Source: Candidatus Woesearchaeota archaeon
GTDB taxonomy: Archaea; Nanobdellota; Nanobdellia; SCGC-AAA011-G17; GW2011-AR18
Assembly: GCA_018302765.1 (NCBI GenBank)
Contig: JAGVZG010000007.1
Coordinates: 1-47,816 of the forward strand
Direction of reading: 5' to 3'
Length of the DNA: 47,816 bases
In this document: positions 1-8,871 of the stretch, piece after piece
Numbering within the stretch: position 1 is the first letter of the stretch
How the letters are laid out: the number at the start of each line of letters is the position of its first letter
Program-made: the position numbers and the translations under genes
The notes under the pieces: model-generated
Databases searched by the model: none
What the model saw: only the letters and a program-made list of their open reading frames with translations
What the model was told of the DNA's origin: nothing

Positions 1-74
1 CGGGGTCTATTCTGACGGGGTCTACTTGGGCTGTGACGGGGTTCCTCAGGGCTCGGGCTCGGGGTTGTGGGTAC
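1..74 (+). repeat. DGR variable repeat (VR), 5'-truncated by window edge
   Basis: Aligns to 380-436 and 458-474 with 18 mismatches, all at TR adenines (14 A>G, 3 A>T, 1 A>C). Confidence 0.92.
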
Positions 75-94
75 GTCGCGCAAAAATTTTTAAG
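1..94 (+). CDS. 3' end of DGR target gene (partial; probable C-type-lectin-fold variable protein)
   Basis: Frame from nt 2 reads GVYSDGVYLGCDGVPQGSGSGLWVRRAKIF* (TAA 92-94) and contains the VR. The CLec fold is inferred from known DGR targets. Confidence 0.85.
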
Positions 95-379
95 TGATTT
101 TTCTAATTTTTTTATAAATAGAAATTTATTAAAATTGATTATTTATCAGTAAATTAGTCTTAGGGAGTAATTTCTTGAGGTTTCATTATCCTAGTGGAAT
201 CAATGACAGAATGAAAGCGAAAGGCTACACGCAGATGCATAGTGCATGGACGGTTTAAGTCTAAATGCCATGAAATACAATGATGATAGCTAGTAATAAT
301 GACAAACCTTGGGAAAGTTTTGAATAAATGCTAAAATTATGGTGAAACTTGATGAATCTGCTAATACTGTCGTTAGGTT

Positions 380-474
380 CAGGGTCAATTCTGACAGGGT
401 CAACTTGAACTGTAACAGGAATCCTCAGAACTCGAAATCAAAAACATAAGACGAGACCTCGAGGTTGTGAATAA
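380..474 (+). repeat. DGR template repeat (TR), alignable part; probably extends upstream
   Basis: AAC/AAT-rich copy of the VR (reads RVNSDRVNLNCNRNPQNS in the VR frame), lying 52 nt upstream of the RT ATG. Carries a 21-nt segment absent from the VR. Confidence 0.92.
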
Positions 475-526
475 CCTTAGTTTTTTAAAACTCTCTAAGA
501 CAATTAATATTTTGGTAGGTACTATA

Positions 527-1594
527 ATGAAAACTTATACAAATTTATATAAGAATATTTTTACTTTAGAGAATCTAAAATTAGCTTTTGAAAAGGCAAA
601 GAAAGGCAAGGCAAAAAAATATTATGTTATTAAATTTGAAGAGAATCTGGATGAAGAATTAAAACAATTATGAAATGAATTAAAAACATTAACTTACAAG
701 CCAAGAGAATTAAAAAGATTTATTGTAAGAGATCCAAAAACTAGGGTAATTCATGCTTCTGCTTTTAGAGACAGGGTAATTTATCATGCGCTAATAAATA
801 TAATAGAGCCAATATTTGAAAAAGTATTTATCTATGATTCTTATGCAAGTAGGCTAAAAAAAGGAACATTAAATGCAGTTTTAAGATTTGATAAATTTAA
901 AAGAAAAATTACTAAAAACTGTCAGCTCGTTAAAAATGCATTTGACAACAATTTAGTGATTGGCTATGTCCTAAAAGCAGACATAAAGCACTATTTTGAT
1001 ACTGTAAATCATGAAATATTAATTAAAATATTAAAAAGAAAAGTCAAGGACGAGAAAGTTATCTGGCTGATTAATAAGATACTAAACAATTATGAAATGA
1101 AAATAAAAGGCATTGGAATGCCTCTAGGAAACCTGACATCGCAGTTCTTTGCTAATGTCTACTTAAATGAATTAGATTATTTCATAAAGCAGGAGCTAAA
1201 GATAAAGTTTTACATACGTTATGTGGATGATTTTGTTATATTGCACAATGACAAGAATTTACTTGAAGAATATAAGAATAAAATAAATAATTTTCTGATA
1301 AACAGTCTGAAATTAGAACTTCACCCAGATAAGTCTAAAATAATACCTTTAAGAAATGGAATCAATTTATTAGGCTATAGGAACTTTTACCATTATAAAC
1401 TTTTAAGAAAAGTCAATAAAAGAAAATTTAAAAGAAATTTTAATTGGAAAATAGAATTATACGAAGATGGTTTCTTAAGCTATGAGGATTTTATTTCAAA
1501 CTTAAAAGGTTGGTTTGGTTATGCAATCTGGGCAGACACATATAATTTTAGAAAGAATATTATTAAAAGATTAGAGAGTATTAAGAATCTATAA
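527..1594 (+). pseudogene. DGR reverse transcriptase interrupted by one in-frame TGA (671-673)
   Basis: ORFs 467..673 and 956..1594 share a frame and the gap is open (RDRVIYHAL). Motifs KADIKHYF, GMPLGNLTSQFFANVYL, RYVDD. ATG 527 follows an SD-like GGTAGGT. Confidence 0.9.
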
Positions 1595-1710
1595 TTTTTA
1601 GGAAGATATTGAAATACTATAGCACTAGATTAAAACATAATTAAACAAGTCATTAAGTCTTAATTGAACAAAAAAGAAAATTAATAAACAGTAGAAATTC
1701 GTAATTTTCT

Positions 1711-2022
1711 ATGCTTGAATTAAATAAAGATAATTTTGAAAAAGAACTGAAAGAGAATAAAATTTTAATTTTAGATGCATGGGCAATTTGGTGTAGCCCC
1801 TGCAAAGCAACGTCTCCAATATTTGAAGAACTAAGCAAAGAAATAAAAAATGTTAAATTTGCAAAATTAAATGTTGATGATAATACAGAGATAGCTTCTA
1901 AATTAGGTATTATGAGCATACCTACATTTATTGTATTTAAAAATGGTAAAGAAGTAGAAAGAATAATTGGAGCTAATCCAAAATCAGTAATGAAAGCAAA
2001 ATTTGAAGCTGGAATAAAATAA
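1711..2022 (+). CDS. trxA: thioredoxin
   Basis: WAIWCSPC active site, SIPTF cis-Pro motif, 103 aa. Confidence 0.9.
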   Translation: MLELNKDNFEKELKENKILILDAWAIWCSPCKATSPIFEELSKEIKNVKFAKLNVDDNTEIASKLGIMSIPTFIVFKNGKEVERIIGANPKSVMKAKFEAGIK

Positions 2023-2029
2023 TTTTATT

Positions 2030-2512
2030 ATGAAAATAGTAAAGGCAACAAGAAAAAATATTAAAGAAATTGCTGAAATACTGTTTGAAGAGTTTAAAAA
2101 ACCTCCATTCAATGAGAAAGTTTCTTTCAATGCAGTTCTAAAAAGTCTTGATTTTTACTTCAAAATAGGAAATGTTTACACCGCAATAAATGAAAGTGAA
2201 ATAGCCGGAGTTGTAATTTTTAAGATTGAGCAGTATTGGGAAGGCCAGGTAATTATAATTGAAGATTTGGCAGTAAAAGAAATATTCAAAAACTACAACG
2301 TTAACAAAATACTAATTAATAAAGTAGAATCCTATGCAAAAAATAAACACATTAGATCTATATATTTTAGTACAAACAAAAAATCTTCTGCATTAAAAAT
2401 TTATAAAAAACAAGGCTACAAACTTGAAAAAAAATACAATATTTATGAAAAAGAAAATAGAGTAATATTTTCTAAACAAAAGCCTTGGCAACTATTAAAG
2501 GAAATAATATAG
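2030..2512 (+). CDS. GNAT-family N-acetyltransferase
   Basis: IEDLAVK...[14 protein letters not shown] motifs A/B. The C-terminus may be extended by a slip in the A8 run at 2427-2434. Confidence 0.75.
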   Translation: MKIVKATRKNIKEIAEILFEEFKKPPFNEKVSFNAVLKSLDFYFKIGNVYTAINESEIAGVVIFKIEQYWEGQVIIIEDLAVKEIFKNYNVNKILINKVESYAKNKHIRSIYFSTNKKSSALKIYKKQGYKLEKKYNIYEKENRVIFSKQKPWQLLKEII

Positions 2513-3452
2513 TTGCATCTCCAAATACTTTAACCATATTGGCTTCAGGTAATATCTTACCCCAAGAAACAGCTTCATCAGGTCTAGCTCCTGCATCACT
2601 TCCATCAAATTCCTGTGCATTATTTACATAAACTGCATATTCAGCTCCATTCCTGAACATATTTGCATTGCATATATGGTGTTTTACAATACCTGATCCT
2701 AAAATAATCAATCCTGTTTTATTTGCAGTTATTGCTATATCATTTATTTTTTTTATATCATCAGCTATATCTATATTGAATCTGTCATTTTGATATTTGT
2801 AAAAATAAATCATATCGCCCACAGAACCATCTGTTATAGCAGGACAGAAAACAGGAATACTATTTTTATAGCACCAATAATATATACTTTCTTCATTATT
2901 TATCTCTTTTCCAAGAATGTTTATCAATTCGCTAGGCGAATAACTCTCTTTTATTTTAGAAAGTTTATCAATTAAAGGTACAAAAAACCTCTCAAATTTT
3001 ACATATCTGTCATTAGGCACAAATATATTTCCGATTCTGTTTATTCCTGCCTCTCTTAGTTCTTTGCCTGCAGTTGTAAATTCACCCAATAAAAAAGGTT
3101 CGATGCATTTGATTATATCTTCCTCAATGCCTCCACCAGTAGTTACTATAACATCAACAAGTTTATGTTCAGCTAGATATCTAAAAATATCTCTTAAACC
3201 AGAACTGACCATATTAGAAGTATAGCCTAAAAATATTGTGCACTTTTCTTCTCTCATTTTTTTTATTATGCTTATGGCTTTAGTTAAATTTGTTGCTTGA
3301 AAGCCTGTAGTATAAAAACTATCAATTATTTTTTCATAGTTTACCCCATTATTAAAGTCATAGCCTTTAATAATAGTACTATTGTCAAAGTTTTTTTCAG
3401 GCAGTCTCAATATATTTTTCTTTGCAATTTCAAGTTTTTTTGATTCTTCCAT
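2472..3452 (-). CDS. dys: deoxyhypusine synthase
   Basis: [41 protein letters not shown]. Confidence 0.95.
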   Translation of the reverse strand: MEESKKLEIAKKNILRLPEKNFDNSTIIKGYDFNNGVNYEKIIDSFYTTGFQATNLTKAISIIKKMREEKCTIFLGYTSNMVSSGLRDIFRYLAEHKLVDVIVTTGGGIEEDIIKCIEPFLLGEFTTAGKELREAGINRIGNIFVPNDRYVKFERFFVPLIDKLSKIKESYSPSELINILGKEINNEESIYYWCYKNSIPVFCPAITDGSVGDMIYFYKYQNDRFNIDIADDIKKINDIAITANKTGLIILGSGIVKHHICNANMFRNGAEYAVYVNNAQEFDGSDAGARPDEAVSWGKILPEANMVKVFGDATILFPLIVAKAFV

Positions 3453-3504
3453 TTTAAAATATGTTAAAATACTAGAAAAAGCTTATATAATTATCCATTA
3501 AATA

Positions 3505-3777
3505 TTACCTATTATATTTTTCTGGGTTATAAATACATCCCTTGATGTCTTTATCATAAAAAGGACAAGGACAGTCTTCCCTCCATAGTTCAGGAACTAA
3601 GCATCTTTCGCCTAAATCTCCTTGTTCGTCATAAGGTTTACCCATAAAACAACATTTAGAATTTCTTTCACTTATATTAAGAACATGAACAAACAAATTT
3701 CTTCTTCTCTCATCTTTTTCTATAGATATTAAACCAAACAGAAAATAACCGCCAAAACTATATCCAAACTGTTGCAT
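3505..3777 (-). CDS. hypothetical protein, Cys-rich C-terminus
   Basis: 90-aa ORF; no family recognised. Confidence 0.5.
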   Translation of the reverse strand: MQQFGYSFGGYFLFGLISIEKDERRRNLFVHVLNISERNSKCCFMGKPYDEQGDLGERCLVPELWREDCPCPFYDKDIKGCIYNPEKYNR

Positions 3778-3848
3778 ATTAAATAATGTTAAATGTAATT
3801 TAAATATATTTCCAAGAATATGAATATATTTTCAGAAAGCCATTTTTA

Positions 3849-4310
3849 TCAGCCTGTAATAAAAGACCAATTTTCTACATCATTGTTTCTCATAATAACA
3901 ACACCATACTTGCAGTTTAATGCTATCTTAAGTTTTCTTGCAATGCCAAGTGCAAAACTTCCATCTATAATGCTTTGAGGTTCAAGATCTGTTGTTGTTA
4001 AAATCCCAATTGCATATTCAGGTTCAAATCCTAGCTTATTTCTAATATTTTTAGAATTTGGACTATACACAATACTAATATTATGTAAAAAGCCATTATT
4101 TTCACCAGCTAGTCTTCTTTCTAAGCTAGACCTTGCTTCTCTATGCTCATCATTAAACAAAACAAACCCGCCAGAAACGTCAGATTCATCAGCAAATTCT
4201 TTAGGAAGTTTATAGCCCCCACAAAAAGGCCTTAAGAAAAACATTAATGCTGAATAAATGTCAGAAAGCCTATTTTCACCAAATTCTCCAACATATATTC
4301 CATTTGTCAT
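3849..4310 (-). CDS. hypothetical protein
   Basis: 153-aa ORF; no family recognised. Confidence 0.6.
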   Translation of the reverse strand: MTNGIYVGEFGENRLSDIYSALMFFLRPFCGGYKLPKEFADESDVSGGFVLFNDEHREARSSLERRLAGENNGFLHNISIVYSPNSKNIRNKLGFEPEYAIGILTTTDLEPQSIIDGSFALGIARKLKIALNCKYGVVIMRNNDVENWSFITG

Positions 4311-4427
4311 TAATAAAAAACCACAGATTAACTATAAAAATTTATCTTGGCTAAATCATATACAAAATAACTACTTTTAAAACAAATATAACACTAATTT
4401 TATTAATATTTCTTTTATTGTAATTTT

Positions 4428-5207
4428 ATGTACATTGCATCAATAGGAGAAATATTCCTAAAAGGAAAAAATAGAATAAACTTTGAAAGAAAGTTAATGA
4501 GAAATATAAGATCTATATTAAATATAAATCCAAATGACTTGCTTAAATTTAGAAACAGGTATATTATAAAATCAGAAATAGAGCCAAAAAATATAAAAAA
4601 AGTATTTGGTCTTATATTCTATACAAAAGTTATAGAATCTAAATTGGAAAATATCAATAATTCAGCATTATCTTTAATATTGAATGAAAAAACATTTAGG
4701 ATAACAACAAAAAAATCAGTAAATATTAAAAAAAGTTCTCAGACAATTAACGAGGAACTTGGTGCTTACATAATATCAAAAATACCAAACATAAAAGTTG
4801 ATTTAGATAATTCAGATATAGACATAAGGCTGGAAGAAATAAACAATAGGTTTTATTTATATAAGGCTTCTGACATTGTTAGATGTCTTGGAGGATTACC
4901 TGTAGGAACAGGAGGCTTTGTACATTTAAGAGTTAAAAATGAAGTAAATTCAACAGTTACAGGATTTCTTCTTATGAAAAGAGGCTGCATGATTTCACTA
5001 TCCAAAGACCTTTCATTATTGCATAAGTTTGAATCTGGATTTAATATAAGAATTAGAGAAGAAAAAACTACAGATATTTTAGCAACAGACGAAACATATG
5101 AAAATTTCGAGTTTAACCAAAGTGATAAGTTTATACTAAAGCCTTTAATAGGTTACACAAAAAAAGAAATTGAAGAAATTTATAATTTAGTAAAAGAAAT
5201 AATATAA
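4428..5207 (+). CDS. ThiI-like THUMP-domain protein with degenerate PP-loop domain
   Basis: GEIFLKGKNR N-terminus, THUMP (TFRIT...VDLDN), GGLPVGTGG, MKRG, KPLIG. SGGxDS is absent. Confidence 0.8.
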   Translation: MYIASIGEIFLKGKNRINFERKLMRNIRSILNINPNDLLKFRNRYIIKSEIEPKNIKKVFGLIFYTKVIESKLENINNSALSLILNEKTFRITTKKSVNIKKSSQTINEELGAYIISKIPNIKVDLDNSDIDIRLEEINNRFYLYKASDIVRCLGGLPVGTGGFVHLRVKNEVNSTVTGFLLMKRGCMISLSKDLSLLHKFESGFNIRIREEKTTDILATDETYENFEFNQSDKFILKPLIGYTKKEIEEIYNLVKEII

Positions 5208-5260
5208 AATAAATTTCACAGAAAACAAATTCTTATAAATGTATAATAAAAACCAGAAAG

Positions 5261-5611
5261 ATGACACATTCAGAGCCTTTGGAAAATTTAATTGATTCTA
5301 ATTTTAAATTGTTACTTGATGGGATGCATAGTAATTCTTCAATTCTTATTGGAGAAACTGAACTTGGTTGGCAAATAGGCCCTAGTGAATCAGGAAGTTT
5401 TCTAAATTGGCAGTACAGCTCTCAAAGAAAAGGGGGCTTTAAAGTATTACATATGCGCCCAAGGCCAGATAGCTCTTTGCATGTTGAACTTTCTGATGGT
5501 ACAAAATATGTAGTATACTGTGATCATGAAACTCTTCCAAAAAATATAGAATATGAAGATGTTAAAGTAGCTGATTATAAAATAAGATATAGTGTAATTA
5601 GAAGAGAATAA
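5261..5611 (+). CDS. hypothetical protein
   Basis: 116-aa ORF. Confidence 0.55.
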   Translation: MTHSEPLENLIDSNFKLLLDGMHSNSSILIGETELGWQIGPSESGSFLNWQYSSQRKGGFKVLHMRPRPDSSLHVELSDGTKYVVYCDHETLPKNIEYEDVKVADYKIRYSVIRRE

Positions 5612-5642
5612 GCTTAAGTTTTTCAATTTTAAGATAAAAATT

Positions 5643-5855
5643 TTATTTAGTTTTTTTAGGTTCAGGGCAATACAAAGGAAATTCTATGCACCCAAAGTCA
5701 TCAACTGTATGATTATTACAATATTGTTGTACAGGAAGGTCTTTTCTTGCGAAATCAAGCAATGGATAACAGTTATTTGTTGTTGCGCATCCATAAGAAA
5801 ACATAATTCCAGTTAATAAAATAATTTTTGTTTTAGTTAATAGATCTTCAAGCAT
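5643..5855 (-). CDS. small putative lipoprotein
   Basis: Basic/hydrophobic leader ending SYGC, four more Cys, SD-like GAGGTGA upstream. Confidence 0.5.
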   Translation of the reverse strand: MLEDLLTKTKIILLTGIMFSYGCATTNNCYPLLDFARKDLPVQQYCNNHTVDDFGCIEFPLYCPEPKKTK

Positions 5856-5962
5856 TTTAAATCACCTCAAAGAAGAAAAAGAGAAAACAATTCATAAACT
5901 TAATTGTAAAATTTCTGAAAAATTTTCAATTTTGTAAGTTATTTAGCAATGCTTATAACCTT

Positions 5963-6646
5963 TTGTATAAAAGATTATTTATGGAGCCGTTTGATAATTT
6001 TGAAAGATGGAAAAAACTAAAAGAAATTATTCCTAAAGATAGAGATTTAGTTTCTATAATTCAGAATATTTTAAGATATGGTACAACTAAAAGTCATTTA
6101 AATAAGTTAGATTATAATCTTAGTAATTGTGAATTAATTGCTTCTGGTAGATCTAGAGAGGTTTATAGATTAGGTAAAAAAACTATTGAAATAGATAGTC
6201 AAAGAATGATTCTTGCTATTAAGTTAACAACAGGTCATGTAGATTATAAATTTATTTATAATGATGAAAAAGAACTAAATGATCCCGAAATACTTGAAAA
6301 AAAATTTGAGGTAATTGCATTAAATTATGAAGTCCAAAAATTTGAATATCTTGCAAAATTAGGAAGAGAAATACCAAGAGTTACTGGAATTGTTGCAGGT
6401 TATGGTATAATTGCTACACTTACTGAAGACTTATCAGAAGGTGGTTTATATGAATTAGAAGTAAATACCTCTGGTGCTTCTGGAATAGTTAAAAGTTCTC
6501 GTGATGGAAAGCAGCATCAAGTAGTCTGTGCAGATCTTAAATGTGAGTTTCCACCAGATATTCAAATAAGAATGCTTACATCAAAACAAGAGATGAATAT
6601 AGAAAGTAATTATTTCTTAGAAAGATTGCAAATAGATAAATCATAA
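5963..6646 (+). CDS. hypothetical protein with protein-kinase-like N-lobe
   Basis: LIASGRSREVY (Gly-loop-like), LAIK, downstream helix Glu. No clear HRD/DFG. Confidence 0.45.
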   Translation: MYKRLFMEPFDNFERWKKLKEIIPKDRDLVSIIQNILRYGTTKSHLNKLDYNLSNCELIASGRSREVYRLGKKTIEIDSQRMILAIKLTTGHVDYKFIYNDEKELNDPEILEKKFEVIALNYEVQKFEYLAKLGREIPRVTGIVAGYGIIATLTEDLSEGGLYELEVNTSGASGIVKSSRDGKQHQVVCADLKCEFPPDIQIRMLTSKQEMNIESNYFLERLQIDKS

Positions 6647-6659
6647 AATTAAGAAAAAT

Positions 6660-7052
6660 CTACTGTTCAGGACTTGGCTGTAGGTCTTCGCCACCCATTC
6701 CCCTGTAAATCTGTGCAAAGCTTGGCGTAACAACAATCCAGTCTTCTCCAAAACCAGCTATGTCTCCCTCAATAGCTTCACAAGTTTTCTTTAGTTTACT
6801 TACAGCCCTCTTTAGTTCCACTAAGTCTTTGTCTTTAAGTGGTTTAATGTTTATTAAGGCAACTGTATAACCCTCTCTTAAGGCATCAAGCGCTGGTTTA
6901 ATATCAGCAAAATCTTCAACAATAAAAGGCCTAACAACAACCTTTGCTTTTCCAGATTTATCAATAGGTCTGGCGCTTATCTCAACATAGTCGTCTGTAA
7001 ACTCGTCTGATTGTTGTTTTCCAGAAAATAATTTTTCAAGGACACCTGCCAT
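6660..7052 (-). CDS. sepF: cell division protein SepF (archaeal)
   Basis: ALDALREG...INIKPL...AIEGDIAGFGEDWIVVTP. ATG 7052 is preferred to the track start. Confidence 0.85.
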   Translation of the reverse strand: MAGVLEKLFSGKQQSDEFTDDYVEISARPIDKSGKAKVVVRPFIVEDFADIKPALDALREGYTVALINIKPLKDKDLVELKRAVSKLKKTCEAIEGDIAGFGEDWIVVTPSFAQIYRGMGGEDLQPSPEQ

Positions 7053-7152
7053 TTTATAGTAATAATATAACACCAATATATAAATATTTCCCTTCTCTCT
7101 TTTACTATTAGGGAATTAATAAGTTGATTTATAACTATTTTAGAATATATTT

Positions 7153-7404
7153 CTATTTGCTCTCTAATCTGGAAACAACACTCCAAATTTGCATTCTTGC
7201 ATGCTGAGGTATATTTGGATCTTCTACAACGTCTCCTAATTCCTGAAGTGACCTATCTATTTTTATGTCAATGTTCAATTCTTGTACATCTGTAAGTATT
7301 GAAATGGCATTTTTTATTTTAATTCTGACATTTTTAGGTATACTTGTGTCTTTTTCTATAGATATTAAGCCTTCCATAATATCTTCAAAACTACCCTCGA
7401 ACAT
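7153..7404 (-). CDS. UPF0147 family protein
   Basis: DTSIPKNVR...DPNIPQHARMQIWSVVSRLE. Confidence 0.8.
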   Translation of the reverse strand: MFEGSFEDIMEGLISIEKDTSIPKNVRIKIKNAISILTDVQELNIDIKIDRSLQELGDVVEDPNIPQHARMQIWSVVSRLESK

Positions 7405-7405
7405 T

Positions 7406-7750
7406 TTAATTGTCCTCTTTATTCTTTATTTGTTTTAAAACTTCAGATTGTAAATTTGATGCCTTTTCTTTTAATTGGTTTTCCTGTTTTTCTATATTTT
7501 TTATTCTTAAGCCCAAGACTTCTTTCCTGCCTTGTAATTCCATATTTAAAGTTTCTTTATCAGTTGCAATCATAATACCCCCAACAATTTTATAAGTATT
7601 GCCTGTTGTTTTATCAAGTTCTTCTAAGGCATTATCAACTTCAATTAGCTGTGTCTGAAAAGTTTGCTTTTGCATAAGAAAATTTTGTATATTTTGTTCT
7701 AGCATTTGCAACTGTGCTATTTTACTTTCAGTTTCTTTATTAACTTCCAT
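7406..7750 (-). CDS. pfdB: prefoldin beta subunit
   Basis: Coiled coil - YKIVGGIMI hairpin - coiled coil, in the rpl37ae-rpoP neighbourhood. Confidence 0.9.
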   Translation of the reverse strand: MEVNKETESKIAQLQMLEQNIQNFLMQKQTFQTQLIEVDNALEELDKTTGNTYKIVGGIMIATDKETLNMELQGRKEVLGLRIKNIEKQENQLKEKASNLQSEVLKQIKNKEDN

Positions 7751-7752
7751 TT

Positions 7753-7890
7753 TTACATTGATTCTACTACTGCGCTTGTAACTCTAGGTTTATATAGAAT
7801 TTTAGATCCGCAATAAGGGCATCTTACTCTTTTTTTCACTAGCTCAAATTTAATTTCTTTTTGGCAATCTAAACACATATAGTCTGTCAT
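7753..7890 (-). CDS. rpoP: RNA polymerase subunit P (Rpo12); not in ORF track
   Basis: MTDYMCLDCQKEIKFELVKKRVRCPYCGSKILYKPRVTSAVVESM*: zinc ribbon directly after rpl37ae. Confidence 0.85.
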   Translation of the reverse strand: MTDYMCLDCQKEIKFELVKKRVRCPYCGSKILYKPRVTSAVVESM

Positions 7891-7893
7891 ATT

Positions 7894-8112
7894 TTATTCT
7901 CCTAAGTAAAATGCCTTGCCAGCAAATTTATGACTGCATTTAGCACAAGACCATATACCTTTTGCAATTCTTTTAACAGCAATCTTCGCACAAGAAGGGC
8001 ACTCATATTTGGCTTTCTGCTTTTTTTCCACAGCCAATACTTTTTGTCTTATTGTTAGACCATAACGGACTCCAAAACGTCCTGTTGAACCAACTTTCTT
8101 TGTGGATGTCAT
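7894..8112 (-). CDS. rpl37ae: 50S ribosomal protein L37Ae (eL43)
   Basis: TGRFGVRYG, CPSC...GIWSCAKC. Confidence 0.95.
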   Translation of the reverse strand: MTSTKKVGSTGRFGVRYGLTIRQKVLAVEKKQKAKYECPSCAKIAVKRIAKGIWSCAKCSHKFAGKAFYLGE

Positions 8113-8188
8113 TTTATTTGAAATTATGTTTGTATGGTGATTTTGTAAGATTTATAAAGATATTGGTGCATTATATGATTTAAAGACT

Positions 8189-8678
8189 ATGAGTATAAAA
8201 TTTAAAGATTATAAGGATTCTAACTTTAAAGATATAGCTTTGTGTATAGAAGGATTAATCGGTCGTGTTATAAAAATTGATCCTCTTAAAAGACAGAGAA
8301 GAATGCCTGCTTATTCTAAAAATTATACTAAAACTTTAGTTTCAAAAGTTAAGAAGAATGATGGATAATTTTAATTGCTTATGAAGGTAAAATATAGTTG
8401 GTTTTATTGCAAGATTTATAGAAAAGCAAACTAAAGAAAGTTTATTGGAATGTGTTCCAACAAAAGCAGGAAGAGTTGATGATTTATTTGTTTATCCTGA
8501 GTATCGTTCTAAAAATATTGGTAGATTATTAATGAATAAAATTGAAGATTATTTCAAAAGCAAAAATTGTGATGTCATAAAATTAAATGTTTTTGCTCCA
8601 AATATAAGGGCACATGAATTTTACAAAAAGTTAAATTATCAAGATAGACTTATTGGAATGCTTAAAATAATAAAATAG
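8189..8678 (+). pseudogene. GNAT acetyltransferase pseudogene
   Basis: ATG 8189, in-frame TAA 8366-8368, frameshift near 8391-8398, then DDLFVYPEYRSKNIGRLLM...HEFYKKLNY. Confidence 0.7.
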
Positions 8679-8683
8679 TTGGA

Positions 8684-8778
8684 TGGGGCTACTGGGATTT
8701 GAACCCAGACCTCAACCTCCCAAGGGTCGTATCCTAATTACTCATAACTTTCGTTATTCCAAGTTAGATTATAGCCCC
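8684..8778 (-). tRNA. tRNA-Pro(UGG) with 21-nt D-loop intron at 19/20 (8738-8758)
   Basis: Acceptor GGGGCTA/TAGCCCC, anticodon loop CTTGGGA, T-loop TTCAAAT. The intron forms a strict BHB; mature length 74 nt. Confidence 0.9.
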
Positions 8779-8871
8779 TAAAGGTTAATTTAACATATAA
8801 CCCATCCAGAATTGAAAAACATAAATTGTTTTATAAAGTTGTCGAATCATTTTTTATCAATTATTCCCATT

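Noticed and set aside
105-136. Hairpin 3' of the VR (AATTTT/AAAATT plus ATAAAT/ATTTAT) as the DGR homing cruciform
   Set aside because: The position fits, but the stem is all A/T and interrupted, which is expected by chance at this base composition.
671-673. TGA recoding (Trp, Gly or Sec) as an explanation of the RT stop
   Set aside because: TGA ends other genes in the window, including ATGA-coupled ones, and no other conserved gene has an internal TGA.
527-1594. Group II intron or retron RT
   Set aside because: No domain V/VI-like structure, endonuclease domain or msr/msd seen; the adjacent adenine-specific TR/VR pair identifies a DGR.
2427-2434. Programmed frameshift at the A8 runs ending the GNAT gene (2427-2434) and ybaK (37749-37756)
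   Set aside because: Removing one A would give tidier C-termini, but no stimulatory structure is seen; homopolymer slippage or assembly error suffices and needs reads to settle.
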